Source: Klebsormidium nitens (lineage: Eukaryota > Plantae > Klebsormidiophyceae). Taken from it: a stretch of 64,000 bases of DNA. Position 1 is the first letter of the stretch. The number at the start of each line of letters is the position of its first letter. Positions 12,001 through 24,800 of this stretch are shown one piece after another. The position numbers were made by a program, and so were the translations under genes. Under the pieces are notes generated by a model that saw only the letters and a program-made list of their open reading frames with translations, searched no databases and was not told the origin of the DNA. Location: contig DF237157.1 in assembly GCA_000708835.1 (NCBI GenBank), positions 62,001 through 126,000 of the forward strand, in the 5' to 3' direction.

Positions 12001-15000
12001 CTTCGAGTTTTAAACATTCTTCGTCATTGTTTTCCACTTTCTATGCCACTTCCTCTTTCCGATCTGCATGGATTCCTGCGGTGCAGCGCAAGGTCATTGA
12101 GAGCGCGCCGTCAACGCGTGCTCGCGCACACCTGCGCCCGTATTCCGAAGTTCAAGAAGCTTTGTACGAGAGGTTTCCTCTGCGCTTCTCTGCCTTGCAT
12201 TCCTAGTTGCGAACCAGCTACGTGAGGCCGTCGAAGATGGCGGCCAGCGCATGCTCGCGCACACCTGCTCCAAGAAACGAGGGTACCCTTTCGCTTCGTA
12301 TTTCCGAACCCCAAATGTAAAGCCCAGATTAAAGCCCAGACCAAATTTAAAACCCAGATCAAAGTCCAGACAAAATTCGCTCACCGTATCGGATGTTTCT
12401 TTCGGCGGGCGCGTCTTTCTCAAAGTCGCCCCACGCCTTGAGGTACAGCTTGTTCGACGTCGCCAGGTCGGCGCTGCCGCCGATGAGCCCCGGCACGCGG
12501 CCGGCCAGCGCGTTGATCACCTTCTCGCTCCAGCCGCGCGTCGCGTCGCCCTTGGTCTCGCCGGAAAAGTCCTGGAGCGAAACAGCGGAATGGTTTCTGC
12601 CAAAGCCCCGCTGACTTCTGTTTCGACTGCGAGTCGCTTTCAAGGACGGGAGTGATTTTGAACATACCAGCGACTGCTGGAATCTTCGAGTAGGTAGGAC
12701 TGCCTTTGCTTTTGTATTTTGGATCCTTGGAAAACAGCTGGCGGCAAGGAGAATGGAACACCGACAATTCGTAATTTTCAACCCAAGAAACATGTCACTA
12801 TATCCTTTTCATACCTCTCAACTCTGTGATCCTGACCCCTAGTAACAAGCTCCTTCCAGTTCCCCTTCCGACCCCTGAACCGCAAAGATAATCTCCTTGT
12901 GTAATTTGCAAGGACTAAAACAAACCACCAACAGAAGCACGAGAAACAAGAGGCCCTGTTCCTCACCGGGATGACGCTCTCCCAGTCATCCGGCAGTCTC
13001 TGGTTGACGAGGTTGTCCAGCTCCCGGGCCTCCTCGGGGTACTCCCGCTGATACCGCTCCCACTCCTGCTTCCATTCGCCCTCTGCCTGCTCGCCACGTG
13101 TCACGTTCTGGCGCCAGTGGCTGCACAAAAAGGGAACCGATAAGCATCAAAGTGTGTCCCAATCCTTGCTTAAATGCTGGGGAGCAGTACTTTTTCCGAG
13201 GCAGTACTTTGGGTAACACTGACCCGATCTCGAAGCTTTCACAAGCAGCCACGTGTCGATCAGTGGAAGTAACTCAAAAACAGATTTGGCCCTGATTGAA
13301 TGGCGATGACACGCAAGCTGTATCCGGATAAAGAAAGCGCTTGGAGTCGAGGAGAAGCGACCTTTACTGAAGGAATGGATATGGGGCTCGGTTGCGAGTG
13401 GTGCGCAAATGCCGGCCGACAAGAGCCAGATTGCTTTCCACTCTTCGACCCTTTACGAAACCTCTGAGAAAAAAGTCAGACTTGTAGGACATAAGGAAAC
13501 TAAAGCACTGCTCGCAAAAACCAGACTCTCTCCTTCATTGAAACTGCAAGCCAAAACGGAAAGCCGAAGAACAGGCCCGTAAAAGGGGGGTCAGACAATT
13601 AGAAAGGACAATCCTACTCGTGCACATTTTGAAAACCGGTAAGGGGATCCTTGCACCCGGCACGCAATGAACTCGCATATCCAGTCATTCGGATTCAACC
13701 ACCAATGAGAATAGAAGAAAACTTCAAAAGCTGCTAACATCTGCATGTCGCCGAATCCTTGCTTGCCATCCATTGCGGTCTGGTTGTCAAATGAGGATCT
13801 TCTCGATCATCGTCCCTCCAGTGAAAGGCTAGAATCAAGCTCATTCAACAGAGGATTGTGTTAAACGAACGACAAAGGTGCACTGACAAGCTGGACGTCG
13901 CTATGCCAACCCGCACACGGTGATTGGAGAACTGGATGGAGAAAGAGGTTGGTTCCTTCCTTTGAAATAGCATCTTGCACTAGCTTAAAACCACGTCATC
14001 ATCATAACTCGCTACGTCAGAAGCGGCACTCACTCGAGCACGTCCTGTGGGACGGTGAAGGGCTCCTTGTAATCGGCGTGCAGCGTCTCGCGGATCTTCT
14101 CGACCTCCTCCGGGCCGAACGTGCCGTGGTGCGCCTTAGCGGTGCCCTGCTTGCTTGGGGATCCGTACCCGATCGTCGTGTCCACCTGAGAAGAAAGAAC
14201 CCAAGCACTCTTCATTAGCGCTTCCTTCGTACGGTGTTGTCGTTCCCGTGTTCAATCGTCAATCAGCAGACAAATCGGCCAGTTTCTGTTGGCCTTAAAC
14301 CTCGCCGTCCGATATCATCTTTTCCCCTTTTCTGACTGTCCTGTTGCCCCATTTCGTCACTCTGCCGACGAAACATAGGGTGTCCGCTTTGTACCTGGTC
14401 CTTGCCTCTTCTCTTTTTCGTTGATCCGCAGCTGACGTATGCTGCTTTCCGCTTCTAACTTACCCTCCGAAGCTTCTGGGCCAATCTTGTAGTGTCCGCA
14501 AATCGGGATTGATGCACGTTGTCATCTAGTTTTCCAGTAAAGTAGTTCACGTTGTTGTAGACCTTCTTGCTTCAAAAGAGGACCTCCAAACTTCGACGTC
14601 CGTGCAACGGCGGCATGAACGCCTTGGCAAACTCGTCTTGCAACGGGTTCATCAGCAAGCGACGCTTCAAACTTCGGTCCTGCAGCCCCGAACGAAATAT
14701 TGCGGACGTCCGGCGGTCACCTGGATGAAGGACGGCTTGTCCGTGACGCTCTTGGCGCGAACGATCGCCTGGCGCAGATCGTCCAAATGGCTGTCCGGAT
14801 CACCCACCCTCTGGACATGCCAGCCGAGGGCCTCGTACCTGCGTATACAGATCTGTATCGTCAATGAGCGCAGTGGATGGCAGAGCAGCAGATGCAAAAG
14901 TGAGAGTTGCAACCTTTGCGTTTCGGTTTTTTGAGTTTGCCCTTTTTGGACTTCTGATTTTGTCCTTGCCCTGTACTTGCCACCCCAGGGCCTCGCAGTT

Positions 15001-18000
15001 GGTATCCGCTTTCCTGCAAGTGCGGATAGCGGAGCTCCGAGGGATTTTGAAACTCGTGGGTTAAGGTGCTTCAGGTGTTTTCCCATGGCTGCACATTGCC
15101 ATATCGGGGCCTGCAAGGATGCTTGGTTCCTCAGGAAGTGAAGACGGATCTGACGGATTTGTAGCGTGAGTTGTCAAAACCGTGCGGTTTGTACAAATTT
15201 GACTTTGGACTCGAACACCAAGAATGAACGATATCAAGCGGCCGGCACACGTGCTGCGATGGCCCTAAAGTTGTTACAGTTGTCTATGCACCGTCAACAA
15301 AAGCAGTCTGAACGTGCTTGATTTAGCTGCGGCCTCCGGGACCTCCGCTTCGAAGTTCAGCAGGATAAGCAATCGGGACCGTCCGATCTGTCAACATCAA
15401 CATCGACGGACGGTGGTGCCAGCAATGTGGTCTGCGGTCATCCTGGATCGTGAGGACACGTTACCGACACATCAAAAGCACATCCGAATCGGCTTTCGTC
15501 ACCAACCGATCGACGTGGCACAGTAGTCCCGTTCTATGGGAACAATGAAGCGCGCTTTTTCGGATGCAACTAAAACCACACTCCAGATCGATCTAGAAAA
15601 TCCTCGGCCCCTCACCCTTTGCAGACGTCCTCATCAAAGGTGATGGACGTCGACCCGTCATGATTCTTATGCTTCTTTCGAAACTTGTAATTGAGTTGAA
15701 AGGTTGGGAAGCAACCACACACTTAGGATGAACGCACTTCGACACTTCTGATGCTCACCTTTTGCAGACGTCCTCGTCAAAGGTGATGCACGTGGGCCCG
15801 TCGAGGCCGTTATTGTTGTTGTCGTAGAACATCACATTGACTTTGGAGTTTGAAAGTTTGGGGGAACGAGAACACAATCAAGAAAAGTTTACAGCGGGTT
15901 TTATCGAAGTCCCACCTTTTGCAGACGTCCTCATCGAAAGTGATGGACGTGGGCCCGTCGATGCTGTTGTTGTTGTTGTCGTAGAACATGATGAGCTTGC
16001 CTAGCCCCAAGTGACCGGCCATCGAACCCGCCTCGTTGCTAATGCCCTCCATCAAACAGCCGTCGCCAGCCAAGCAGTACCTGAATACAACAGGGGAAGT
16101 CAGTAAAGCCGCCCGTTAGCATCCCTTGTTACCTCAAACTGTCAAATCGTTTCTTCCCACAGGAGCCAGTGAGAAATTGGGTTTCCCTATTGCCGTCCAT
16201 CATTCTGTCGGAGCAATGGTCCGCAGCTAGACGGTGCAGTGAAATGACGCCCCTGATCCCTCTGCCCTTCAAAACGAGCCCGCAATTGCAGAAGAGATCG
16301 AAGTAAAAGAGATCTGGATTGCTTGAGGTTCGGAAAGCGCTCAAGAGGTTGCGACGCTCTCCAACCTCATGTCAAAAGCCTCTTGGGAGTATAGAATGGA
16401 TGTCCGATTACCAACGCCCCACACCATGCGACCACCGCCTCCCAGCCAGGCTGAAAAGTGCGCACCTGACGTGAGAGGTAGTTTTAAGCAACGCCATTTC
16501 AATGTGTTCCCTGCATTTGCATAACTTTTTCTGCAAAGGGTGGCCAATGAAGGCTCACGTGTAGTGGTTCACGATCTCGTGCCCCGGGCGATTGAACCGG
16601 GCGGCGAGGTGCTTCTCGGCCATGGCGAAACCGACGGCGTTGGCGGTTCCTTGGCCGAGGGGACCTGCACACGAACATTCATCATCATCATACAAATCTT
16701 CGTCAAGAGTTTCCTATGCGAATTTTCGAAGTGTGATCTATTCGTTCGTATTCGCTCGTTAAGTACACGGTTCTAAAGACAGAAAAAACGACAGAGAATG
16801 AGCTCAAGACCAGACAGGGAAGACGTAGCTTCAATTGCCGATGACTGAGACTCCGCTGAAAGTGGCGTCAGTATTTGCTTGTTCAAGTAGGTGCTCAACT
16901 ACAGACAATCAATTATCTTCTCAAGCGGTGTTCAAGTTCAAGCGAGTTCAAGCGGTCACAAGTTTGGCAGAGGACCGGGGGATAAACGGGACAGCCGAAC
17001 AAGTGTGGCTGGAAGCAGGTGTTATCGCTTCCAGACTAAGCAAAGGGAAAAGATCCAGCAGTTGAGTGCCTCTGCAAGCCGCACTCGGCTAGTCTACAAG
17101 AATAAGCACACTCACCCAAGAAAAAACAAAAGCCTCAACAAACACTTAAAAAGGGAACATCCCTGCTCCGTACTCCTGTCCATTCTATGATATCGGCTGT
17201 ACGTACCAGTGGTGAGCTCGATGCCCCCGGTCAGCAGATTCTCCGGGTGACCAGGGCAGCGGGAGCCCCACTTGCAGAGGCTCTTCAAGTCGTCAACCTG
17301 AGCCAACAAGAAAAACGGGTTCGACTGAGCAAAGAACTGGGTCCAACGTAATTAGTCTCAAGGAGCCACCAACATCTTCGTCCACTTTGCTTTCTTCCAT
17401 TTTGCTTCTTCCAGATTGCTTCCTAACAACATTGGCGGAACTGTTCAGTGTAACCTGACAGTACACCGTCAGATGATGGGCGTTGGCCTGGCAAAGGTCG
17501 TCATATATGTGGCTCGAACATTGCTTCGCTTCAGAGAGATTTTTCAAAGCTAGCGGTTGATCACATCTTCAAAGGGCCGAAATTATCTGGCCTACTCATC
17601 CTGGATTTCAAAAATGGTGAAAAGAAAGGGAAGTGATTTGGGACCTGAATCCTGCACGAACGAGAGCCTTGAGGCATTTGCTGGCAAGCCTTGAGCATCC
17701 CCTCAAAGATGATGAAAGGGTCTAAGCAACTCAATCAGCAACCAACTCTGGCCTAATTTTACGTCAAAAAACCGCCGTTGCAAGGTCCAACTCATGAAAG
17801 AGAATTCTGCAGAGCAGGGTGCGCTCAGAACAAGTCTCGAGGAACACCGACTGTGTTTGCAATGCAAGCCCTCCCCCTTGACTTCTTCATGGCCCGCTGA
17901 CCAGTCCAGGGCCGCTTTTGTGAAACAAAGCATTCTGGCTTCAAATCTTGCCAACTGGTTGTTGGCACCGCTACCAATGATCCTCTCACCATAGGTTTCG

Positions 18001-19553
18001 ATTATGTAAGCTTATGGTAAGATACGTACAATGCTAAGACATTAACCCTCGACCGCCTGCTCCGCAATTGCACATACTTTGAGCTCCCAAGCCAACCCCA
18101 ACCGTCCCATACTGTCTAAGTCTACCATACTTAGTGCCTATTATACCGACTTTACTACATAACTGTTTTTCTTCTCACCTGCACACTGTCGTAGCCCACC
18201 AGGTGCAGCAGGATGTACTGCAGCAGCACGCCGTGCCCCGCGCTGAGCACAAAGCGGTCGCGGTTGAACCACTGCGGGTTCTTGGGGTTGTACTTCATGA
18301 CCTCGTCAAACAGCACATAGCCGATTGGCGCACAGCCCATAGGGAGGCCTGGGTGGCCAGCCTGTGGATTTGTAAGAATCACATAAGCTGTCAATGAGTT
18401 TGTCAAAGTTCAAAATTTCGTCAAACAGGTTCGGTGTGATTGGCATTTAGCCCATGAGGATGTCCGAATGGCCCATCAGTTCAGAAAAGACCGCATAGAT
18501 TGTTCGACTCAAAGAGTCAGCTTCTATTATAGAGCACTTAGGCTTTTGCACCAAGAGGCATGTGGCCGGCGAGATATATCTTAGGCTGTAGGTATCACTT
18601 CATTTGGACTTCTTTCAAGACCCTGATTCTGGCCGACAGTCTATTGCTCGAAGCCCTCACATCATGGAAAAGTAGCAACACAGGCTTATCTTGTTTAGAT
18701 CAGACACAAAGGAAAAAAAGGACAGCTTTCACGATCTCAACTGTCATGAGTCCCGTGTTAACCACCATTAAGAAATAATTGCACTACTGAAAAATTCAAT
18801 CTAGGTGCCTGACTTTGACCTCTGACTTTGATCTCACCAACCTTTGTGCCATATCAGCAACTGAACCACTGATGCATGCAGCATCCTCTTGAGCATTTAC
18901 ATGGGGAATCCTCCTTGCATCTATCCCACTGATAGTGCGTTTCCTCACATGCCCTGGTTGCCCACATAAGCGCCACAATCCGCATCTATACCACGCTAGA
19001 AGCCAACCGCAAGCTGAAGTTGGAACCAGGCTGCCTCTGTCCCCCGCTTGATCAATGCATGCAGCTAGATCTTCCATGGCTCCACCTCTTTAGCGACACT
19101 CCGCATAGATTGATGAGCCGACCACCCCAGCTGACCCACATTACTCCCCTTCCTCACCTGTGCGTTTTCGACGGAGTCCACAGTAAGCGTCCTGATCGCC
19201 GTTATGCACCGCTGTGATAACTTCGGATCGACCTTCTTCAGCGTCTGCGCATCAGTCCCGACCGTTGCAGTCGCTCGCGCTGCCCCGTTTCTGTTCCTTC
19301 TCTCTGATCTGGGCGGCTGCGCACCGCTTGTGGAACACCCCGCCGAAGAATCCAAGCGCAAACCGGAGAACTCAGACGCCAAAACTTTGGAGCTCACATG
19401 CTGTTTCACGGTTCGATCCCTGGGCAGTGCTGACAGCTGTACAGGCAGCGGTGACAGCTGTACGTGCGCGGAGGCAGCTGACTGAGCTGAGCAGCTGCTC
19501 AAGGGCAATGCTGCGCTTTGGGTAAGACCTCTGATTACCTGGGACGACGCCAT
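9020..19553 (-). CDS. TKL: Transketolase, plastid-type (N-terminal transit peptide), 12 exons, ~784 aa
   Basis: Phase-consistent exons: 19553-19158, 18361-18179, 17297-17207, 16664-16559, 16080-15916, 14838-14721, 14185-14034, 13120-12967, 12571-12385, 11402-11110, 10322-10092, 9298-9020 (2355 nt). Motifs: [34 protein letters not shown] motif [53 protein letters not shown]-rich N-terminus [10 protein letters not shown].. Confidence 0.97.
11560..12275 (-). repeat. Five degenerate intronic copies of the transketolase exon-10 acceptor junction
   Basis: Real junction cgcag|GTGTGCGCGAGCACGCAATGGC at 11402. Copies begin at 11648, 11801, 11973, 12131 and 12264, each preceded by CAG; spacing 133-246 bp. 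Confidence 0.9.
15611..15965 (-). repeat. Two intronic copies of the transketolase exon-5 3' end plus donor
   Basis: Real ..GAGGACGTCTGCAAAAG|gtggg (15916). Copies ..GAGGACGTCTGCAAAAG|gtgagc (15759) and ..GAGGACGTCTGCAAAGG|gtgagg (15616); spacing 157 and 143 bp. Confidence 0.9.
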
Positions 19554-19800
19554 TGTCACCACTAAGCTTAACTTCCAGCAGTGCTTCGAGATCAACAATC
19601 GATGACGTAGGACACCCTTTGAAACGCAGGAGAAGCTACGACAGCATTCTGAACTTTTCAGATTGGCAAGCTCTTACAGCGGACAGCAAAGCCGGTCGGA
19701 TTGAAGGTTCGAACTTAGCTTCTGTGACAGTTGATACATGAAACTGAGGCTGAATGCAGTGTGACAGCAGGCTGCAGCACATGCGAGGAGTTTGAGGGAA

Positions 19801-19853
19801 GGAGCAAGGATGTAGGAGCAAGGAGCAAGGGGCGAGGAGCAAGGAGCAAGGGG
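19801..19853. repeat. Short GGAGCAA(G) heptamer-type repeat ~250 bp upstream of the transketolase ATG
   Basis: ggagcaaggatgtaggagcaaggagcaaggggcgaggagcaaggagcaagggg (five GGAGCAA units). Confidence 0.7.
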
Positions 19854-21831
19854 CACACCTTCAGGCTCGAGCTCGCATTTCGACTTCATGCACTCTGCTG
19901 CGGCCAAGTGTCACGAATACAGCCCCAATGGTGTCTGGCCGTCGATCATGCGGTAATACTCACAGCCGTAGGATTCAGCAGGTTGCCTTCTACGAAGACA
20001 TTTGGACCGTCGACTGGGGATTCTTATGTAGTCAGTCATCTGGGTAATATTACCGTACTCGAGCGCCAACATGACTCCAGTGAGGTCACGTGCGGAACAA
20101 GGGGATCTCCCATTCTGGGCGTCCCAACCAATTGCGTTCAGTAACGCTATCAAAGGTTCAGCAGGTTGGTAGAGGTTGGCTGCGGGGAACGTTACTGATG
20201 CAAGGCTGGCTTTGTTCAGTACCTGGCACAGGATCAATCAAGGGAACCCCCAAGTACCTACTTGGCTGGTGCTAGGGAGCCTTTAGGCTCTACTGTACCA
20301 GTACTAAAACCTACTTCTACGGTCTGCCATTTCAAAAGGAGGCTTGACTTGCTGCGTTCAGACGCTGACATTCCGCTGTGGACCAGGACCAAAGCAACCG
20401 ATCCGCGCTCATTGTCCCTTTCTAAGTGCGGCAGGGCGCAGGGGCCGCCGCTACTAGCTCTCTGGTCAATCCATACGGGTCAATCCTTGGATCCTGAACC
20501 GTGAAGGGGAGGAAGGAAGGGCGGAGCCAAGCTCAAGTCAAGCTCCAACCACTTCCGAAGGGTGATCTGGGGACCTGGCTGTTCTAGTGCAACTTCCCCC
20601 AGTACTCCGCTTACAGCGTGTCTCCAGAAGACGGCATCTTCATCTTCGGACTCGACTTCCCTTGGCTTCACTCTCTGAGTTTGTCTGGACGCCGCTCACC
20701 TACTGGTAAGCTCAACATCCGAAAGCTTGTCTTGATGCTTGAGAATTCTGGTCCGATTATGTTTTGAAGAAAGTGGTCAGACAAATGAAAGATAAGGTGT
20801 TAGTTCCATACTTTCCATACTAACTATCTGCTGCGCAAGAACAACTGACGAGGTTAAGGATACTCAGTATCAACACATGACCAGAACCAGTGCAAAAGGA
20901 TGAAAAATTCGTCTGCAAGAAGGTGTGTAGAAGGTGACGACATTCACTAGGGCCTTGGTTTGACTTGGTTCAGCAAGGTTCTTCAGCAAGGTTGTTTAGA
21001 TATAAGGATCACGAGTTTCTTTGTCTGCAATTACTTCTTGCTTGGATGTACTGAGCTATCTATATACGAAGGGAGCTCCAAGGTGGAAATCCGGAAAAAG
21101 TTCTTGAGTGCCATCCCAGAATCTCTGTAAACATGTAACACAAATGCAATTTTTGAGATTTGTAAGCTGTGAATATTTGTCTCACTCCTTGGTTCAGTTG
21201 GATAGAATCCGTACTTGGCATCTCTGAATAGCTTGTTCTGGAATTCTCAGATTTTGAAAGGAAAAGCAGTCACCCTGCTTCCTTTCAGGCCTCTCTTGCA
21301 GAGTCTGAAGGCTTTTGATTGACTTTTACTCTTACAGCTTTGCATCACCTGTTCACCAAGAAAATAATACAATCACACCAAACCACATCTCAGTACTAAG
21401 TGGTAAAGTTTGAGGGTTGCCCTACGAACACTGACGGGTCGGAATATTCAGGTTCTGGTGACAAGGTGTTGTTCACTTGCTCTTAATTGTCATGCAGCAC
21501 CAACGTCGACAACCTGGTTGTCTCTGGTTTTTCTCTGCAAAGATTTTTTCAGCACAAGCAGGCTGTCGGTGTTAGTATGCTTGCAAGCCCCTTGTTCAAT
21601 CGAGTAGTTTGTTTTGTAGCACTACCTGCATGGCGATTGACCTTTTGGCTCACGGAATGAGGAGCTGTTGATTATCTAGGTTAGACCCGTTCATTAGTCA
21701 CGCGTGTCGAAGTAAGCACTGAAGAGGTTCGACAAGTATGTTATAACCTTCCGTAGCTTCTCATCAGTTGTGGGACAAGTCAAATTCTGTTTCTTTTGCA
21801 GGCAAGAAACTGAGACTCGAAAGTCCTCACG

Positions 21832-24800
21832 ATGGGTGCTTGCTTGGCCAAGCCTGCTGCCGCCGATCGTAAGAGCGGCTCAACCCCAGAAGGGAAGAAG
21901 GATGGAGCGACGTTGGAGAAGATCGTCGAAGAGGAAGACACTCTGGCACCACTCCCGTAAGCAACTCGATCATTTCCTTCCAATATAGTTGATTTTGCTG
22001 AGGTTTAATGGAGAACTACTTGAGTTCTGCAAGTGCGTACAATATCGAAACTGTTCGTCCCATTTTGGACCATCCAGTCCGTCGAAGATGTGCCAATCTG
22101 TTTCCAACACAGCCTGCTTCAAGCTGCCCCAGTCCGCGACAGCTAATTGAGGTCAAAAATTCTCAAATTCGCCTGGCTTGCACCTTTGTCTGTAAGAAGT
22201 TTAGACCGGACAAGTTCTCTTGTGATAACCCATGACATGATGTCGATCTCATCGCCGTAACCAGCAAGTCAGACAACTTTCTACGTTATGCTTCATCCCA
22301 TGTCACTCTGTTGAGAATACCACGGACACAGGAGAGTTTGGCCTGTAACCATGGAAGGTTATGGGCTGGCTATGGGCTGGTTTAAAACTGGTTGATTGTT
22401 CCGTTAACCAGGATTGGGCGGTAAGCAGCCTCGGAAACAGGTTAAAGCCCAGTTATTTGTCTAATAACCAGAGAGTCGGTCTGGTAATCAGCCTGGTTAG
22501 CAGCCAAAATTTTCTGTGGGAGGTGCCGTATATGTTCTCCTGCACCACCACAGGCCGCCACGTCTACCTCAGGCCGGGCCTTTCAGTCCGTCAACGCACC
22601 CAAGATAAGCTTACTAACGCAAAGGGCTGGGACTTTCACGTTGATCAGAAGACGCGACGCGGACCTTCACGCGATCAGAAAAGAAGCTGCGAGAGCTTGG
22701 AGGTTCGCAGCTAGCCCCTTTGGCGCAACTGCAGGTCTAAGAGAATTAGGACCGTTCGGTGGCCCTCGATAAATCTGACAGACACCCAATGGACAGCTCG
22801 ATTTTTCCGATGCAGGAGCGACTCCCTGGACTCCGTTTCCACCGCCAAGAAGAAGGCCCAGCAGGCCTGGCAGGAGTACGCGCGCGCGCGCGACCGCCGC
22901 AGCGCGCCGCGCCTGAGCGCGCTACGGAGCGCGCAGGAGCTCGACGTCGCTTTCGTCGTCGACGCGACCGGCAGTATGGGCTGCCACGTGGCGCTCGTAA
23001 AGGAGAAGATCAGCGCGACGATCGCAGCGGTGAAAGCGCGCTTCCCGTCGGCGAAGGTCCGGGTCGCCTTCATTGGGTACCGCGATTACGGGGAGACGAT
23101 CAACAAGATTGGGTTTACAGCTGATGTGAAGGCGTTTGAAACCGCGTTAGCGCGGGTTAAGGTCAGCGGGGGAGGTGACCTTCCGGAGGACGTCTTCTCC
23201 GGACTGGAGGCGGCGGCAAAGCTGGAGTGGAGTTCCGCAGGTGAGTCAGTACACTGCGGAATCAAGTTGCAACGGGCGTTGCTGGTTTCGAACGTTCAGG
23301 CTGATGCGCCGCTTGTGCCTGAATCATGGAAGTATCATGCTTCGCAACTTTCCGACGAGACAAAGAAACGAGTCTGGCAACAAAACATTCCCCGACGATC
23401 CTTCTTCTGAGCAGCAGCTCTCGTCGTTCTGCCTTGCTTTCGAAGCTTTTCTAAGAACATCTAAGCGCCTCGTCTCAGCTTCCACCGCAACGACATGTAC
23501 AGATATGCTTTCGCGCAGACAAGCACCGTTCTGAAGGACCGTCCTTGGTTCTCAAATGAATCGTCGACCCGGTGCGTCTCTAGAAGACACGCAAAGGAGA
23601 TCGATCAAGGACTGAAAACACCGCCTGATCCTTGTCTTTGTTGTCCATCTCACCATCAAACTATTCAATTCCAGTCAACCAAAAGCAGGTCAAACGGCAA
23701 TCTGTGGACCAGCTTAACTTCGGACCCAAAATCAAAAGCCCCAAAAATTCGAATCTCTGAATCCCTTCGACGCTACAATCCTGAAACCCTGGATTAACCC
23801 CGTATTGGAAACCCGCAGTTCGTCTGGTCATCCACATCGCGGACGCCCCGTGCCACGGCCGCGAGTTTTACGACCGGGCAAAGCACACCAACATCGACGA
23901 CAAGTACCCCGACGGCGACAAGCACAAGCGCGAGCTCGCAACGGTTCTGCGCGCGCTGCACGCGGGCGCGCGCGTGCAGACGTACCACTTTTACCACCTC
24001 AACGACTACACCAAGCAGATGTTGGCGCAGTTCCGGCAGGCGACGGGCGTTCCGGCGGGCTGGATACAGGTGAGCGAAACGCCCTGCGGATGTGCTACAG
24101 GCTTCTCGTCTTCCGGTCCAAGAATGACGCCACATTGCGTATCCTTGCTTTGGGCAAGACCTTCGGGGGAAGCCTCAAATATCAACTTGTCTTTGCAAGT
24201 GATGAATCGAACGACCAGAACAAACACACAAAGCACAAATGTGCTCGGCTCTTCATGCTTGCTCCTAGATACCGCACATACATTTTTACATACAACCAGA
24301 ATTCGATGTCTTCTGGCCCGGCTCAAAATAAGCGAGCTTCAGACATTTTCTGTAGAATGAACACCTTTCAAGCTTCTCGGGTCCACTGCCGAGGATCGGG
24401 ATCTGTACGCAGACTGATGGGCTTTTGACTTTCTTTTCCAGGAGGACACCTTTTCGAACATCGAAGGCATCCCTTCCCGCATCAGCCAGCACTCGCAAAC
24501 CGCGATCAGTTCTAGCCTGTTGCGCGAGAGCGGCGGCAGCAGCGAGGGCTTTGCCGCTCTGGCAGTGGACACAGCGGAACCGGACTGGGACGGAATTGGC
24601 GAGCGGAAAGCGGAGGAGTACGCGATCATGTAAGCGGCTTGCCGCCAGTACTTCTCATGAAGTTTCCTTCGTTGCAGTCATTGCACTAAAGCTGATGCCG
24701 AAACCACAGGACTGAAACGCTTAATTGGAAATAAGGCTCCGGGTGACGCCATAGGATTTGCCGTACCGTGAAACTCGTTATTTCGTACAATCTCTAGGCC

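Noticed and set aside
20262-21700. Short ORFs between transketolase and the alpha-kinase (e.g. 20480..20671)
   Set aside because: No motif, no consistent exon chain; may be UTR, intron or a decayed element.
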